Shown piece after piece: positions 30,525 to 40,939 of a DNA stretch of 64,000 nt; position 1 is the first letter of the stretch; every line of letters begins with the position of its first letter. The position numbers were made by a program, and so were the translations under genes. The notes under the pieces are model-generated. The model saw only the letters and a program-made list of their open reading frames with translations. It did no database searches and had not been told where the DNA came from. Source of the DNA: a virus; IMG/VR virus record IMGVR_UViG_3300000983_000001, positions 22,891 through 86,890 of that record, one strand, 5' to 3'.

Positions 30525-31082
30525 TTAAAAGATGATGAACCAATCTTCGCTGAAAATGTCATCTCCTGTAAATTGATAGTATGTGGCATGATTATTTATG
30601 TAAACTAAAATAATTTGATCTCTAAATTTAAGTTCTGTATTACTTCTATTCAAAAGTTTTTTAACTTCTTTGGTGACAGAACTCATTTTTGGTATGATAT
30701 TAACTGGTATATTACTATTCACCTGTTTATAAAGAAAACTTTTTTCAAACCACTTTTTTCTTCTAATAGCAAACCCCTTTTTTAACCCAAAATCAACCGC
30801 TTGCCCAAAGGACAGTTTACCATTCTCTCTGTAATCAGCTTCAAAAACCTCAGCAGGACACCAACTTTCATAACCTGTATCATAGATTATTTGGTAACCC
30901 TTATCTTCGGGTTTACCATTTAAAACTTTAGGGAAACCTTTGCTAATACTGTGTTCTCCTCTAGTCATAGGTTTACAAACAACACCTTTACTAGAGATGT
31001 GTGTAGGGACGAAATCAGATTTCTCAAATTTCTCTTTTTGGACACCTGTACCTACTGTGTCAATGTTCAATTTACTTTTCAT
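30525..31082 (-). CDS. DUF2829 / Tad2-family protein (candidate immune-signal sponge)
   Basis: SFGQAV...KKGFAIRRKKW and a C-terminal GDDIFSEDW, plus the N-terminal GYxIxYxxGYxSWxPxxVFE block commonly fused to DUF2829. Confidence 0.7.
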   Translation of the reverse strand: MKSKLNIDTVGTGVQKEKFEKSDFVPTHISSKGVVCKPMTRGEHSISKGFPKVLNGKPEDKGYQIIYDTGYESWCPAEVFEADYRENGKLSFGQAVDFGLKKGFAIRRKKWFEKSFLYKQVNSNIPVNIIPKMSSVTKEVKKLLNRSNTELKFRDQIILVYINNHATYYQFTGDDIFSEDWFIIF

Positions 31083-31413
31083 ATTTACCGATTATATAAT
31101 TTGAATTAATAAGAACTGTATCTTTTGTTACCCCTTTTTCTCTTACCTTACAAGTGGGGTCAACATGTTCAATCGAGAAATGCTCTGAAAGGGCGATGTT
31201 ATCTCCTACAGACAATTTATTTTTATCTACTCCATCCCCTAGTTTCAATATAGTAAGTGTTGTTAACATTAGAGGGTTGTCTTTATCTCCTTTTGCACTT
31301 TCTGGTGTAATGATACCTGACTTGGTAGGTTTATCTCGTTTAACCATTTCAATTAACACATAATCTCCAATTGGGATTAATTTAGACTCTGTTTTTACTT
31401 CTGCTTTCTTCAT
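31072..31413 (-). CDS. groES: Co-chaperonin GroES-like protein
   Basis: LIPIGDYVLIE...TKSGIITPESAK...GDG...VGDNI pattern of cpn10. Confidence 0.8.
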   Translation of the reverse strand: MKKAEVKTESKLIPIGDYVLIEMVKRDKPTKSGIITPESAKGDKDNPLMLTTLTILKLGDGVDKNKLSVGDNIALSEHFSIEHVDPTCKVREKGVTKDTVLINSNYIIGKYEK

Positions 31414-31414
31414 C

Positions 31415-31897
31415 TTATTTCTGTTTGTTATAAATTACGACTGTCACTTTACAGTCTTTTAAATTTGATTGAATTATTTTTTTAACTTTATGCCAACTTC
31501 CTTTTCCTAAACCACAACCAATTTGAGGTAATCCTATATGTTTACCTTTGAAAATATGGTTTATCTTTTGCAAACATAATCGAAGGGCATCATAGTTTAA
31601 GTATACTTTATTGAAGTCTCTTCCATAATCAAATTGAGTGTAGCAATTAAGTACCATAACAGTTTGTCCATTTAAAATCTTTTTAGGAAAACCATCAATC
31701 TGTCCTAATTTATTGATATTACCTTTTTGATGAGGTAACTCTAAACTGTAGTTATCGGTATTAAATTGTTTAGCCATCTGTGCAGCTAGACCTGATTTTT
31801 GGGTATTCTGACAATTAACACCATGTCCAATAACATCGAACTCACCCCTAAAGGCAAGCTCGATTAAATCTCCTTCAACTTCTTGATAATTTTGCAT
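31415..31897 (-). CDS. Macrodomain ADP-ribosylhydrolase (DarG/TARG1-like)
   Basis: EVEGDL, HGVNC...SGLAAQMAKQF, NCYTQ and IGLPQIGCGLGKGSW motifs. Confidence 0.85.
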   Translation of the reverse strand: MQNYQEVEGDLIELAFRGEFDVIGHGVNCQNTQKSGLAAQMAKQFNTDNYSLELPHQKGNINKLGQIDGFPKKILNGQTVMVLNCYTQFDYGRDFNKVYLNYDALRLCLQKINHIFKGKHIGLPQIGCGLGKGSWHKVKKIIQSNLKDCKVTVVIYNKQK

Positions 31898-31898
31898 A

Positions 31899-33407
31899 TT
31901 ATTTTTTCTTTTCTTCTAAGTTAATGTATGTAAAAGTCTTCTTCGATCTTGTTTCAGCAACCCACAACAGATTCATTTCCTGTTGTTTCTGCTCTTTAGT
32001 TCGAGCAAATTTGTGAGGTATCAAGTTTCGGTTTAGTAGATACACATTATCTGCTTCTGTCCCTTTTGCTTTGTGTATTGTAGACAAAATTATACTACCT
32101 TTTTTTGGCTTAAAGACAGTTTCAATCTTGGTAACAAATTCACGTACTAAAATGTTTTCTGTTTTTAGAAAAAATCCTTCACTGAATGAAATAACAGTCT
32201 CATACAAAGATTTAAAATTGTCCACCTCCCATAAAGCATCTTCCTCTGCCTCTTGTGTCATTTTAAGAACTTTTTTATCTAAAAGATTAAAGGCTCTTTC
32301 TACTGACATTTTATTGTAAGGTTTCAATAGCTTCCTAATCTTAGGTAGAAAGTCATCTCCCCTAATGTAGACCTCTCTGTTTCCAATTAACTTAAAAAGC
32401 AATTTAACTAGAGGTTTAGTGTTTCTGCATAACACTAGACCTTCATCAACAATATCTTCTATAAACTCAGTTACGTCTACTACACCTGGATTCATATTAC
32501 CATACTGCAAAGTTAGTTCATTATCTTTAGTTGCATTGTCAACAACAGAGGTAGGACATCTATAACAAATATCTAAAGGGAATGTTTTTACATTAGGTTT
32601 TTTAACAAATAAGTCAAATGCCTCTACATAACTACCTGCAAAATTGTAAATAGATTGGTTTTTGTCTCCGACAGCAGCCCATTTAACCAATTGAGGTTGT
32701 GACAACAACATATTTAAAAATTCATGTTGCAGCCAACTTAGGTCTTGTGCTTCGTCTATTAGTACGTATGTAGGTTTTAAAGCTACATCTAATTTCCACT
32801 TTACGGGGAGATATATCATGTCTATATAATCTATTACTAATCGTTCTGCATTATAAGTTTCTTCCCTAATTTCGAGGTATTTTTTCCAAACTTTATAAAA
32901 AGTAAGAGGTAGCTTTTTTGGTCTATTTATCCCCATATTTTTCATGTGGAAGTATATAGTTTTTAAGTCCTCTGTTAAGAAATATCTTGATGTATTAGAT
33001 AAATGAGATAGAAAATAATTAACCTGATATTTTTCCTTGTAGGTCAAATATTTAAGTACACTTTGGTAAACAGAAGTATCCTGCAAATCAGATAAAATAT
33101 TCCAATGTTTATTTTTTTCTAATTTAATTTTTTTGTGGTGCTTTTTGAGTGTAGTGAATCCTAGACTGTGCATCGTGACAGCCTTGCCATACTTAGCTAA
33201 ACCTTTAGATTTAAACTTCGTATTGGCTTCCTTGCATGTTTGATTATTAAACGCTAAATACAACGTTCTTCTTTTGTGAATACTAACTAGCTCCATTAAG
33301 GTTGTAGTTTTTCCACAACCAGGACCAGCTTGTATTAACAAATTAGAATTTTCCTCTTTCCAACTTCGGTATATATCAACTTGCTGCTCGTTAGGTATTA
33401 GTTTCAT
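31899..33407 (-). CDS. UvrD/Rep-like superfamily 1 helicase
   Basis: GPGCGKTT Walker A, IDEAQD, VGDKNQSIY, CYRCP, STIHKAKGTE and VAETRSK. Confidence 0.92.
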   Translation of the reverse strand: MKLIPNEQQVDIYRSWKEENSNLLIQAGPGCGKTTTLMELVSIHKRRTLYLAFNNQTCKEANTKFKSKGLAKYGKAVTMHSLGFTTLKKHHKKIKLEKNKHWNILSDLQDTSVYQSVLKYLTYKEKYQVNYFLSHLSNTSRYFLTEDLKTIYFHMKNMGINRPKKLPLTFYKVWKKYLEIREETYNAERLVIDYIDMIYLPVKWKLDVALKPTYVLIDEAQDLSWLQHEFLNMLLSQPQLVKWAAVGDKNQSIYNFAGSYVEAFDLFVKKPNVKTFPLDICYRCPTSVVDNATKDNELTLQYGNMNPGVVDVTEFIEDIVDEGLVLCRNTKPLVKLLFKLIGNREVYIRGDDFLPKIRKLLKPYNKMSVERAFNLLDKKVLKMTQEAEEDALWEVDNFKSLYETVISFSEGFFLKTENILVREFVTKIETVFKPKKGSIILSTIHKAKGTEADNVYLLNRNLIPHKFARTKEQKQQEMNLLWVAETRSKKTFTYINLEEKKK

Positions 33408-34188
33408 GTATTTTATTTAAGATTATTTTAACTTGTTTGATTAAATCTTCCAATGTCCCATTATTGTAAATGGTGTAATGAAAATCTTTATTTTCTAGTT
33501 CAGTTTCACCTTTATGTAGAGTGAATAGTTCCTCAAAATTTGAGCTTTTAATAGTAGATTTAAGCACTTTAGATTTAAATTCTCCTAAAGTAATCTTTTC
33601 GTTTTTAGAAGCTTCTAAATCTGTTCTGTCCCAACCATCCCAATCTAAAATTTTGATGTGATGGTAAAGCTTTAACCAACTATCTATTGACCTTAAATTT
33701 CTTACTACCTGAATGGTTATTGGGTTGTACTGTTGTGCAAAATCCCATTCTTCCTCAAATCTTAGGTCTGAAATAATCCAACTATCTTTTTTGGGATTAT
33801 AATTTCTAAATAAAGCTTTAATAAAAAGTTGTGGGTGAATTTCTTTTTTTAAAGCTGATCCAAATTTAACCAAAAAATCTCTATGGGTCATACCCATGAT
33901 ACTCCAAGATTCAGGTAATAACTGCTTTTTAAAATTCCTATCCTCTAAATCATCTCGTTTACAACCTAGCAACTTAGCAACAGCTTCTTTTAGTGTATCA
34001 GCAAACTTTTTATTTTGATAATCCGTCCACCAATCTATGTATTGATTATCCCCTTCTGTTAAAAGTTCAATCATTTCAGGTATAAGTATTTCTTCTATGT
34101 TACTTTTTAAAGTTAACATTTGAATTATTTTGGTGACAGTATCTTTTCCTGCATCAATTTTTCCGTTGATTAATATTAATTTATTCAT
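33391..34188 (-). CDS. Deoxynucleoside monophosphate kinase
   Basis: N-terminal P-loop GKIDAGKDT, KFADTLKE, ISDLRFEEE and HKGETEL. Confidence 0.85.
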   Translation of the reverse strand: MNKLILINGKIDAGKDTVTKIIQMLTLKSNIEEILIPEMIELLTEGDNQYIDWWTDYQNKKFADTLKEAVAKLLGCKRDDLEDRNFKKQLLPESWSIMGMTHRDFLVKFGSALKKEIHPQLFIKALFRNYNPKKDSWIISDLRFEEEWDFAQQYNPITIQVVRNLRSIDSWLKLYHHIKILDWDGWDRTDLEASKNEKITLGEFKSKVLKSTIKSSNFEELFTLHKGETELENKDFHYTIYNNGTLEDLIKQVKIILNKIHETNT

Positions 34189-35048
34189 GATTGTTTTTGT
34201 TTATATAAATCTTTTAAATTAAAATTTACCTCTTTTGTTGGTATAATATGATAGTTTCCTTCTTCATCTACCAAACAAGTTTCACCAACAGGTTCATGAA
34301 AATACCCTGTTACCAAACCATCTCTATAAATACCTTTATGTTTAAAAAAGACAGGTTTACCAATTTTCTCTACTCTTGCAGAAAAATAGTTAGTTGCCCT
34401 ATCACCATTTTCAGTTAAAGCAGGTGTATAATTCAGTATCTCGTCTTCTAAACAGGGAGGTAAGGCTAATTCAGATAAGTTTTCTAAATCTTCTGGAACT
34501 AAATCAACGCCAAAAAACTCTTTGACTTCCTCAATATATAGATGTTTGTCTTGTTTGTTTTGGGTCAAGATACTCATTATATCTAGGTAAAAAGGGTTCA
34601 TATCTCGAAGAATTGTTAAAACAGCTTGTATATCTGTTAAATTATACATCTTACTGTACTGACCTTCAATAAATGCATCAAATATTCTTTGTTCCTTTTT
34701 ACTAAATTTGTAGACTAAAGTTCCAATTGAAGGTTGCTCTCCCTCCGTGTCATCTAATCTGTATATACTTAAATAATTTCTATTCAATCTAACATAACCA
34801 AATAGAGTATACCACAACTCAGGTTCTTTTGGTATAAAAAACTGTATATATAGACCTCTTTCTTTAATTTGAATAGGTAGTGCAGAATCCGCAATGCCAA
34901 CTCCAACTTTCGTGAAGGCTTTTAAATAATCCCTCAACCACACACTCAGTTTAGATAATACGTATGGGTAAAGATAGTCGTATGTTTTGTTGAAAAACAA
35001 AAAGTCTAAGTTTTCCTCAAAATCAGCGTTTCTTAATGATTGTTCCAT
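34185..35048 (-). CDS. Hypothetical protein
   Basis: 287-aa ORF with an ATGA overlap to the next gene. Confidence 0.7.
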   Translation of the reverse strand: MEQSLRNADFEENLDFLFFNKTYDYLYPYVLSKLSVWLRDYLKAFTKVGVGIADSALPIQIKERGLYIQFFIPKEPELWYTLFGYVRLNRNYLSIYRLDDTEGEQPSIGTLVYKFSKKEQRIFDAFIEGQYSKMYNLTDIQAVLTILRDMNPFYLDIMSILTQNKQDKHLYIEEVKEFFGVDLVPEDLENLSELALPPCLEDEILNYTPALTENGDRATNYFSARVEKIGKPVFFKHKGIYRDGLVTGYFHEPVGETCLVDEEGNYHIIPTKEVNFNLKDLYKQKQS

Positions 35049-35886
35049 GTTGCTTAATGTTTAATGCTTTATTAGTGTCTAATTCGTCATAATACTCTTT
35101 TGTCATTATGCATCTTCTTTTTAGAAAAGCTATTTCAGTAGCTAAACCTGTTTCTAATTTAATAGTTTTAATTCTGCTTTTCACAGGCATATTTTCAATA
35201 GCCTGCTGAGTAGCAAAAAACTTCTTCCGATCAATTCTACTGAAATATCTTATGTGATTGTCAATTAACGAGGGATGCATGGGCATCAACACATAATCAA
35301 TTACTGCTTTTTTACACTTAAACAAATGACAGTACGCTATGATTTGCCAATAATCAATATTGATAATAGCTTCTTTATTCTTAAAGGATATGAAATTTTT
35401 TGGTATTTTTATGTCTCGAATTAAAGATTCTTTTTTACTAAAAATATCACAACCTTTAGTCGCTAAGAAATGTTTTTTATCTTTGACAGCTATTCTGTTT
35501 TTTTTGTAATCATTCCCTGTAGCTAAATTCAATATCTTAATAGCATTCTCCTCTTGAAGATTACCCTGTTTTAACTGAGACATATTACCTAAACTAGTAT
35601 CATAGAGTTTGTGGTATTTTTCTAACCACAATAATTCTGCATATTTTTTTGCAGATTCAGGTAAAACATCAACAGCATTTTGGTTTTCAAGTAGTTTTTT
35701 CAGCTTTTTTGCATCTGTTGTAAGCCCCCTTGTTTCTGTGTAAAGGTCAATATTATTCTCACTATATACCAAACCTTTTTTCTCCACTTTATCTTTCATT
35801 TTCTTTACAAGGAGGCTTAACTCAGTTTGGTTAATTGATTTTGGTCTGTTGCTCATTATTTGAGCTATACTTGAAGGTCGGAACAT
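35023..35886 (-). CDS. YqaJ/lambda-exonuclease-like PD-(D/E)xK nuclease
   Basis: GNLQEENAI, GCDI, IRDIK and YWQIIAY motifs. Confidence 0.7.
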   Translation of the reverse strand: MFRPSSIAQIMSNRPKSINQTELSLLVKKMKDKVEKKGLVYSENNIDLYTETRGLTTDAKKLKKLLENQNAVDVLPESAKKYAELLWLEKYHKLYDTSLGNMSQLKQGNLQEENAIKILNLATGNDYKKNRIAVKDKKHFLATKGCDIFSKKESLIRDIKIPKNFISFKNKEAIINIDYWQIIAYCHLFKCKKAVIDYVLMPMHPSLIDNHIRYFSRIDRKKFFATQQAIENMPVKSRIKTIKLETGLATEIAFLKRRCIMTKEYYDELDTNKALNIKQHGTIIKKR

Positions 35887-35897
35887 AGTTGTATTAT

Positions 35898-36467
35898 TTA
35901 GGTTGATTGAATTATTTTCTTAAAATCTTCAAAAGTGAAGGAGTAATACCGTTTGTAGTATATTTTAGGTTTAGGGGAAATAAAAAAAAGCTCTTTTTCT
36001 TTGTTAAAGTTTGTTTTATAATGAGCTAAACCAGATTTTACTTTATTATAGCTAGTAGCTATGTTTTGATTAGTTTTTTTAATAAAAATTGTTGTTGGGT
36101 AACCTATCATAAGTTTGCTGAAATCTTCCCCTAACATACTAACAATCTCATGGTAGTCTTGTCGTTTTTTACCTCTACCTGCGTCAAGTTTATGCAGTAA
36201 CAATAAAGGGTAGTTTTTAACTTCTTCTACTAAACTACTATTAGCTATTCTCTTTTTTAATTCTGCAAGTAATTTAGGTGGGTTCATACTGGTTAATTTA
36301 CCTGCTTTAACTTGTACATTAAAAGGTAAGTGCATTAAATCTATACCTAAGTCATCCATGTATCTGCTTCCATATCGAGCAGTCAAACAACTCACATAGC
36401 CTAATTTTATAAACTCACTTCTGTAGTATCTTTCGGCATTGTGACCCTTATTTCTGTTATTCGGCAT
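35898..36467 (-). CDS. PD-(D/E)xK endonuclease, Holliday-junction-resolvase-like
   Basis: NRNKGHNAER, GIDL and NVQVK motifs. Confidence 0.7.
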   Translation of the reverse strand: MPNNRNKGHNAERYYRSEFIKLGYVSCLTARYGSRYMDDLGIDLMHLPFNVQVKAGKLTSMNPPKLLAELKKRIANSSLVEEVKNYPLLLLHKLDAGRGKKRQDYHEIVSMLGEDFSKLMIGYPTTIFIKKTNQNIATSYNKVKSGLAHYKTNFNKEKELFFISPKPKIYYKRYYSFTFEDFKKIIQST

Positions 36468-37494
36468 GTCTCAGATTTTGTTGTGTTATAAATTTATTTA
36501 GTTCTGATTCCCCTAATATTTTTCTCATATCAGAGGGATCACTAATACCTTTTCGTGCAAGTCTTTCTGGAAGAAAAAGAGGTAAAACTTTTATGTCCAC
36601 ATTTAATTTGCTTTTTATGATTTTAGTGACATTTAAGGAGGCTTTTATTCCTGCCTTATCATTATCAAAAAAAACATAAACTTCACTGTAGGATTCTATT
36701 ATAGGTCTCAGTATATTCCAATCAGGTACTACACCTTCGTTCATGAGATAGATAACATTTAAACCTAAGTTTTTTAGAACTCTGGCATCTTTGTACGATT
36801 TGGTAACTATCAATTTATTAGAAAAGAAATCCAAACATTGCAAAAAACCTATATCATTATAAGTGCAATTAGAAAGGAATCTTTTCTTCCCTTTTTTAGT
36901 TGGGAAATAGACCTTAACTCTATCTCCAAAGGTATCTATGATATAACAAATACTATTTGGATAAGTTGTTATATTACCCTTTTTTGTATTTAGCAAAGTT
37001 AATATTTCGACAGCTTTTTTGTTATCTTCTTTTAGATTTGCACTGGTAATCCCATAAGGTTTCCAATAATCTCTGTCTTTTTTGTCAAAAGGTTTATACT
37101 TAGCTAATATTTTCACTCTTTTTTTTCTGGTGATTGTTTTCTTATATTTTAAACTTGTTTTATTTAAGTCTAAATTTTTTATTATCTTTTCGTGTATAAA
37201 AGACAATGCTTCCTGAAAACAACTTAAACCATAGTGTATCTGAACTGCATCAATGCAATCCATTTTACTCATTCTGATACCATTTATAATATCAGAGTTC
37301 CCATAATCACAAAAAAAAAGTTTACCTCTTTTGAAATCATATTTAAAAAAGCATCCAGGATTGTTGTCTTTCCTAAATGGCGATCTTAAAATTATGTTCT
37401 CATCGGGGTAAACTTTAAATACAGTCTGAAAGATTTCTCTCTCAAACTGTATGTAATAGTCTTTATTTCGGAATAAATACCTGTTTTTTATCAT
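36457..37494 (-). CDS. dnaG: DNA primase (TOPRIM)
   Basis: SPFRKDNNPGC N-terminal module, KSYKDA, FFDNDKAG (DxD) and SDPSD. Confidence 0.85.
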   Translation of the reverse strand: MIKNRYLFRNKDYYIQFEREIFQTVFKVYPDENIILRSPFRKDNNPGCFFKYDFKRGKLFFCDYGNSDIINGIRMSKMDCIDAVQIHYGLSCFQEALSFIHEKIIKNLDLNKTSLKYKKTITRKKRVKILAKYKPFDKKDRDYWKPYGITSANLKEDNKKAVEILTLLNTKKGNITTYPNSICYIIDTFGDRVKVYFPTKKGKKRFLSNCTYNDIGFLQCLDFFSNKLIVTKSYKDARVLKNLGLNVIYLMNEGVVPDWNILRPIIESYSEVYVFFDNDKAGIKASLNVTKIIKSKLNVDIKVLPLFLPERLARKGISDPSDMRKILGESELNKFITQQNLRHAE

Positions 37495-37509
37495 TCACAG
37501 ATGTACTAT

Positions 37510-38259
37510 TTAATCCCAAATTTCATCTTCATCCTCATCTTCCTCTATGCTGTACTCCATATCCTCATCTTCTTCATGATCTGGTAATTCGTCCGCAGGT
37601 ATTCTTCTAACTTTTTTCTTTTTGCTGATACCTGTAGTAGTATCTTCATCTTCTTTTTGCTGTTTACCAGAAGGAGAATCCATTAAAAATGAACTTCCCA
37701 TTAATGGGTGTACAACTCCCTCAGCGTTAATGTAAGTAACCGAGCCATCTTTGTTAACCGTTTCTTCAAAAGCTGTTTCACTATCCACATGAGCGCAAAT
37801 AAATGGATTAAAAGATAAAGTTGTTATCTCCAAGTATGTTTTAGATTGATTCTTAGCGATTTTTCTTTGCCACTGACAGAAAACATCAATAGGGATTTCT
37901 TGAAAGTTTTTTGGTAATAACTTAACCATCCGCTTCAAAAAGATCACCCATGTTTTTGCGGGTTTTTCCATTGCTTTGTCAATCTGTGCTTCTTCTGATA
38001 CACCCAAAGCCATTAATGTTAAATAGATACCCTCGAAAATCGCATTTTGAACTGTTTCTTTAAGTTCTTCTGATGGTTCTCTTATGTAATCTCGGAAAAT
38101 TTGACCCTTAATTTCAATCTCTCTAAGTAAATGAGGTTCATCAGACCATGTAGGGGTTGCAATTTCAAACTTTACTACCTTTGCATTTTGGTTAAGTCCA
38201 AATTTTGCAAAATTCTTGTTGTTAACTCGGTTCATTGAACCTTTTTTCTTACTAATCAT
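37510..38259 (-). CDS. Probable single-stranded DNA-binding protein
   Basis: Lies within the replication module and has a strongly acidic C-terminal tail ending EDEDEDEIWD. Confidence 0.55.
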   Translation of the reverse strand: MISKKKGSMNRVNNKNFAKFGLNQNAKVVKFEIATPTWSDEPHLLREIEIKGQIFRDYIREPSEELKETVQNAIFEGIYLTLMALGVSEEAQIDKAMEKPAKTWVIFLKRMVKLLPKNFQEIPIDVFCQWQRKIAKNQSKTYLEITTLSFNPFICAHVDSETAFEETVNKDGSVTYINAEGVVHPLMGSSFLMDSPSGKQQKEDEDTTTGISKKKKVRRIPADELPDHEEDEDMEYSIEEDEDEDEIWD

Positions 38260-38299
38260 ATGTGATTATATTTATAAAAAATAATTAAATAAATTTGTT

Positions 38300-38536
38300 T
38301 TACTCTTTACTTGTGTCGACCAACTTAACTTTTCTTCGTATTTCTTTGATTCCACTTGGCTTTATACCTTTTAATTTAGGTTCTTCTCGAAACCAAGCCT
38401 TTACTTCTGTATAGGAGACCCCAAATAAATAAGTTAAATCTCTTTTATCATAGCCGTCTTTCAGGGCTGCAATAACTAAGTCAATAGGCACTTCGATTGG
38501 GTAGTCTCTTTTTAAGTTCTTTTTTACTTCTGGCAT
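38300..38536 (-). CDS. Small HTH-like DNA-binding protein
   Basis: 78 aa with a DLTYLFGVSYTEVKAWF helix-turn-helix-like pattern. Confidence 0.45.
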   Translation of the reverse strand: MPEVKKNLKRDYPIEVPIDLVIAALKDGYDKRDLTYLFGVSYTEVKAWFREEPKLKGIKPSGIKEIRRKVKLVDTSKE

Positions 38537-38603
38537 TTGATTATTATGTTTTATGGAAAAACATTAAAATAACCAAAAAGTTTTAAAAAAGCAAGAATAC
38601 CTT

Positions 38604-39329
38604 TTAAATAAAAATTTTACTCCAATTAACAGTTAAAACACCTGTATCTTCATCTTTTTCAGATACTATAAACTCTTTTCCTGTCAAGTGTTCACATCTT
38701 GTTCCTCCAATAAAACCAGAACTAGGATTAAAAGATAAGGTATTTTCAAAATCGTCTGATCGGTAAAGGTATCCAATGGCATCTACGCTGAGTGCAAGAA
38801 TGTGCTTAAACTTACCATCAATGGCAATTTCTTTTATACCCAATTCTTTTGTCGTTTCACCACTTTTTCTCTCTATAACGTGTGCAGAGATAATCAAGGT
38901 TTTACAATGTTTTTTTAATATTTCAATTAGTTTCATTGCAGCTTTCCACTTATACTTTAAGCCAACACCATATGCAATAGTCTCTATATCAAAGTTGTCA
39001 GGGTGTTTTTTACCATTATCTGAATTATAGAGTTTTACAGCAAAAGTATTAACGACTTCCTTATACATCGAGGTAAGTGTATCTAACACAATAAAATCAT
39101 ACATTTTCTTTTTTGCTGCTAACTCTTTTCGCAACTTCCAAAAAGTTTTAAAATCAGGAATATCAATACGATGACCTCCGTAGTAGTGTGAACCCTCTTC
39201 AAAATCCAACAATAAGTAGCTTCCTGGTAAGTTCAAAAATAGTCGAGTTTTACCTACTTTTGGGTGGGCAAACACTATCATTGTTCTAGGATTAACTAAC
39301 TTAGGTTTTTTTAATGTGTTATCTAACAT
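38604..39329 (-). CDS. Sak4-like / AAA_24 P-loop ATPase (recombination)
   Basis: AHPKVGKT, LLDFEEG, IVLDTLT, IISAH and VDAIGYL. Confidence 0.8.
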   Translation of the reverse strand: MLDNTLKKPKLVNPRTMIVFAHPKVGKTRLFLNLPGSYLLLDFEEGSHYYGGHRIDIPDFKTFWKLRKELAAKKKMYDFIVLDTLTSMYKEVVNTFAVKLYNSDNGKKHPDNFDIETIAYGVGLKYKWKAAMKLIEILKKHCKTLIISAHVIERKSGETTKELGIKEIAIDGKFKHILALSVDAIGYLYRSDDFENTLSFNPSSGFIGGTRCEHLTGKEFIVSEKDEDTGVLTVNWSKIFI

Positions 39330-39331
39330 AT

Positions 39332-40468
39332 TTAATCTATTTTAAGTTGTTTAAATGTTTTATTTGCGCCTAGCATGATGCAGGTGAAATGTTGTGGGAA
39401 ATCTGTGTGTCTTGATTGAACAAGGTGTATAGATTTCAGGTTTGGATAAAGAGCATGACCATATTGATTTTTTATTTGAACACCAAAATGATATGTCAAG
39501 TTGTATTGATCGTCATTCGGTGACATTAATGTAAAAAGGTGGTCACAATCCTCTGCTATATTACCTGAATCTTTTACGTCATCGGGTGTAGGAAACAACC
39601 GATCTTTAGCAGCTTTTTTCCTCCCCATATCTCCTATACTCCTATTGAGGTGTATAATATGTATGAAACTAAAGTTAAATAGGTTTGCCATTTCAACTGT
39701 CATAGCTGAATACTCATCAACAGTCGTTTTTAAGCTTTCTCCTTTTTTAAGCTTTATTTTTCTGACGTGATCTGTTATAATATAAGTAATAACCTTTTCA
39801 TTTAGAGGTTTATACTCAATTATTTTGTCATCTTGATAAACACATTCACCAAGATTTTCTGCATGATTATGAATTATTGTTTCATAATATTCTCTTGTAC
39901 TTCGTTTAGTAACAAAGGTTATAACACCTTTCTTTTTCACCTTATTTACCACTCCTCCGAAAAGGTTAATGATATGTTTGTTGTATATGAGTTTTATTAT
40001 TTTTATTGTAGCTACAGGTATTTTTATTATTTGTCTATCCTTTTCCTCCTCACCCTCCTCTTTGTCATAATATACTCTACCTCTCAATAATTTAGCAGAC
40101 ATTTCAACCCTGTTTTCTCCCTTGAATTTCTTCCCTTTCGGTAGTTTGATATACTTAATGCCATAATCTTCATAAAGGAAAAAAGCAACAAAGCTAAATT
40201 GTTTTTCTACTTTATTCATCTCCAAAGAAAAATAAATTATTTTTAATAAATCTAACTTACCTAACTTTAAGAAGTGCATATAAGGCTGTAAAACAAAAGC
40301 ATAATCTACTAAAGTGCTTTTACCTGTTTTGGGCGCACCTGCAAAGCCGTAGATCGTTCCTTTGTGACTACCTCCAATAGCATCAGATATATTTTTTAAA
40401 CCTTTGCCTAATGATATACCTTTGTTTAATCCTTTTTGTCCTCTTTTAAATTCCTTGATAAAACTCAT
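39332..40468 (-). CDS. dnaB: DnaB-like replicative helicase
   Basis: GAPKTGKST, YFSLEM, ITDH, HLNR and DVKDSGNIAEDCD. Confidence 0.85.
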   Translation of the reverse strand: MSFIKEFKRGQKGLNKGISLGKGLKNISDAIGGSHKGTIYGFAGAPKTGKSTLVDYAFVLQPYMHFLKLGKLDLLKIIYFSLEMNKVEKQFSFVAFFLYEDYGIKYIKLPKGKKFKGENRVEMSAKLLRGRVYYDKEEGEEEKDRQIIKIPVATIKIIKLIYNKHIINLFGGVVNKVKKKGVITFVTKRSTREYYETIIHNHAENLGECVYQDDKIIEYKPLNEKVITYIITDHVRKIKLKKGESLKTTVDEYSAMTVEMANLFNFSFIHIIHLNRSIGDMGRKKAAKDRLFPTPDDVKDSGNIAEDCDHLFTLMSPNDDQYNLTYHFGVQIKNQYGHALYPNLKSIHLVQSRHTDFPQHFTCIMLGANKTFKQLKID

Positions 40469-40935
40469 GATATATATTTTAGAAGTTCTGATTTACCTCC
40501 TTTTAAGATGAAATATGGAGGAGATAAAGGTTGTATTTTATTTTCTTCACAAAATTCTAAATACTTTTTGGTAGCAATTAAAACTTGTTCTTTGTTCAAA
40601 AAGGTATTCTGACTAAACAGTTTTACCATTTTTTTAGTGCATAATACATAACCTCCTTTTTTCTTAAACAGGGGTATGTATTTCTCATGTATCCATAAGA
40701 AGGTTTTATCTTCTTCTGCAAAGAAAATTGGAATATCTTCTTTCCAAGTGATTTTCCCTTTCTTATTTCGGGTGTATAATTCTAAGGCTTCAATTCGCAT
40801 CATTAAATCAAGGGGTATAAAACTTAAAGTGAAACCTTGACTTAGCGATAAAAGATAGCCTAGAACATCGTCTCTACTATGTTCTGTGTTATCAATTATA
40901 GGTTGAACTAAATTTAATATTTTTTGATTAAACAT
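40465..40935 (-). CDS. Hypothetical protein, paralogue of 40940..41494
   Basis: Shares the ATK/GTKxY...C.E....P..P.YFI.KG motif with its neighbour. Confidence 0.65.
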   Translation of the reverse strand: MFNQKILNLVQPIIDNTEHSRDDVLGYLLSLSQGFTLSFIPLDLMMRIEALELYTRNKKGKITWKEDIPIFFAEEDKTFLWIHEKYIPLFKKKGGYVLCTKKMVKLFSQNTFLNKEQVLIATKKYLEFCEENKIQPLSPPYFILKGGKSELLKYIS

Positions 40936-40939
40936 ATGC

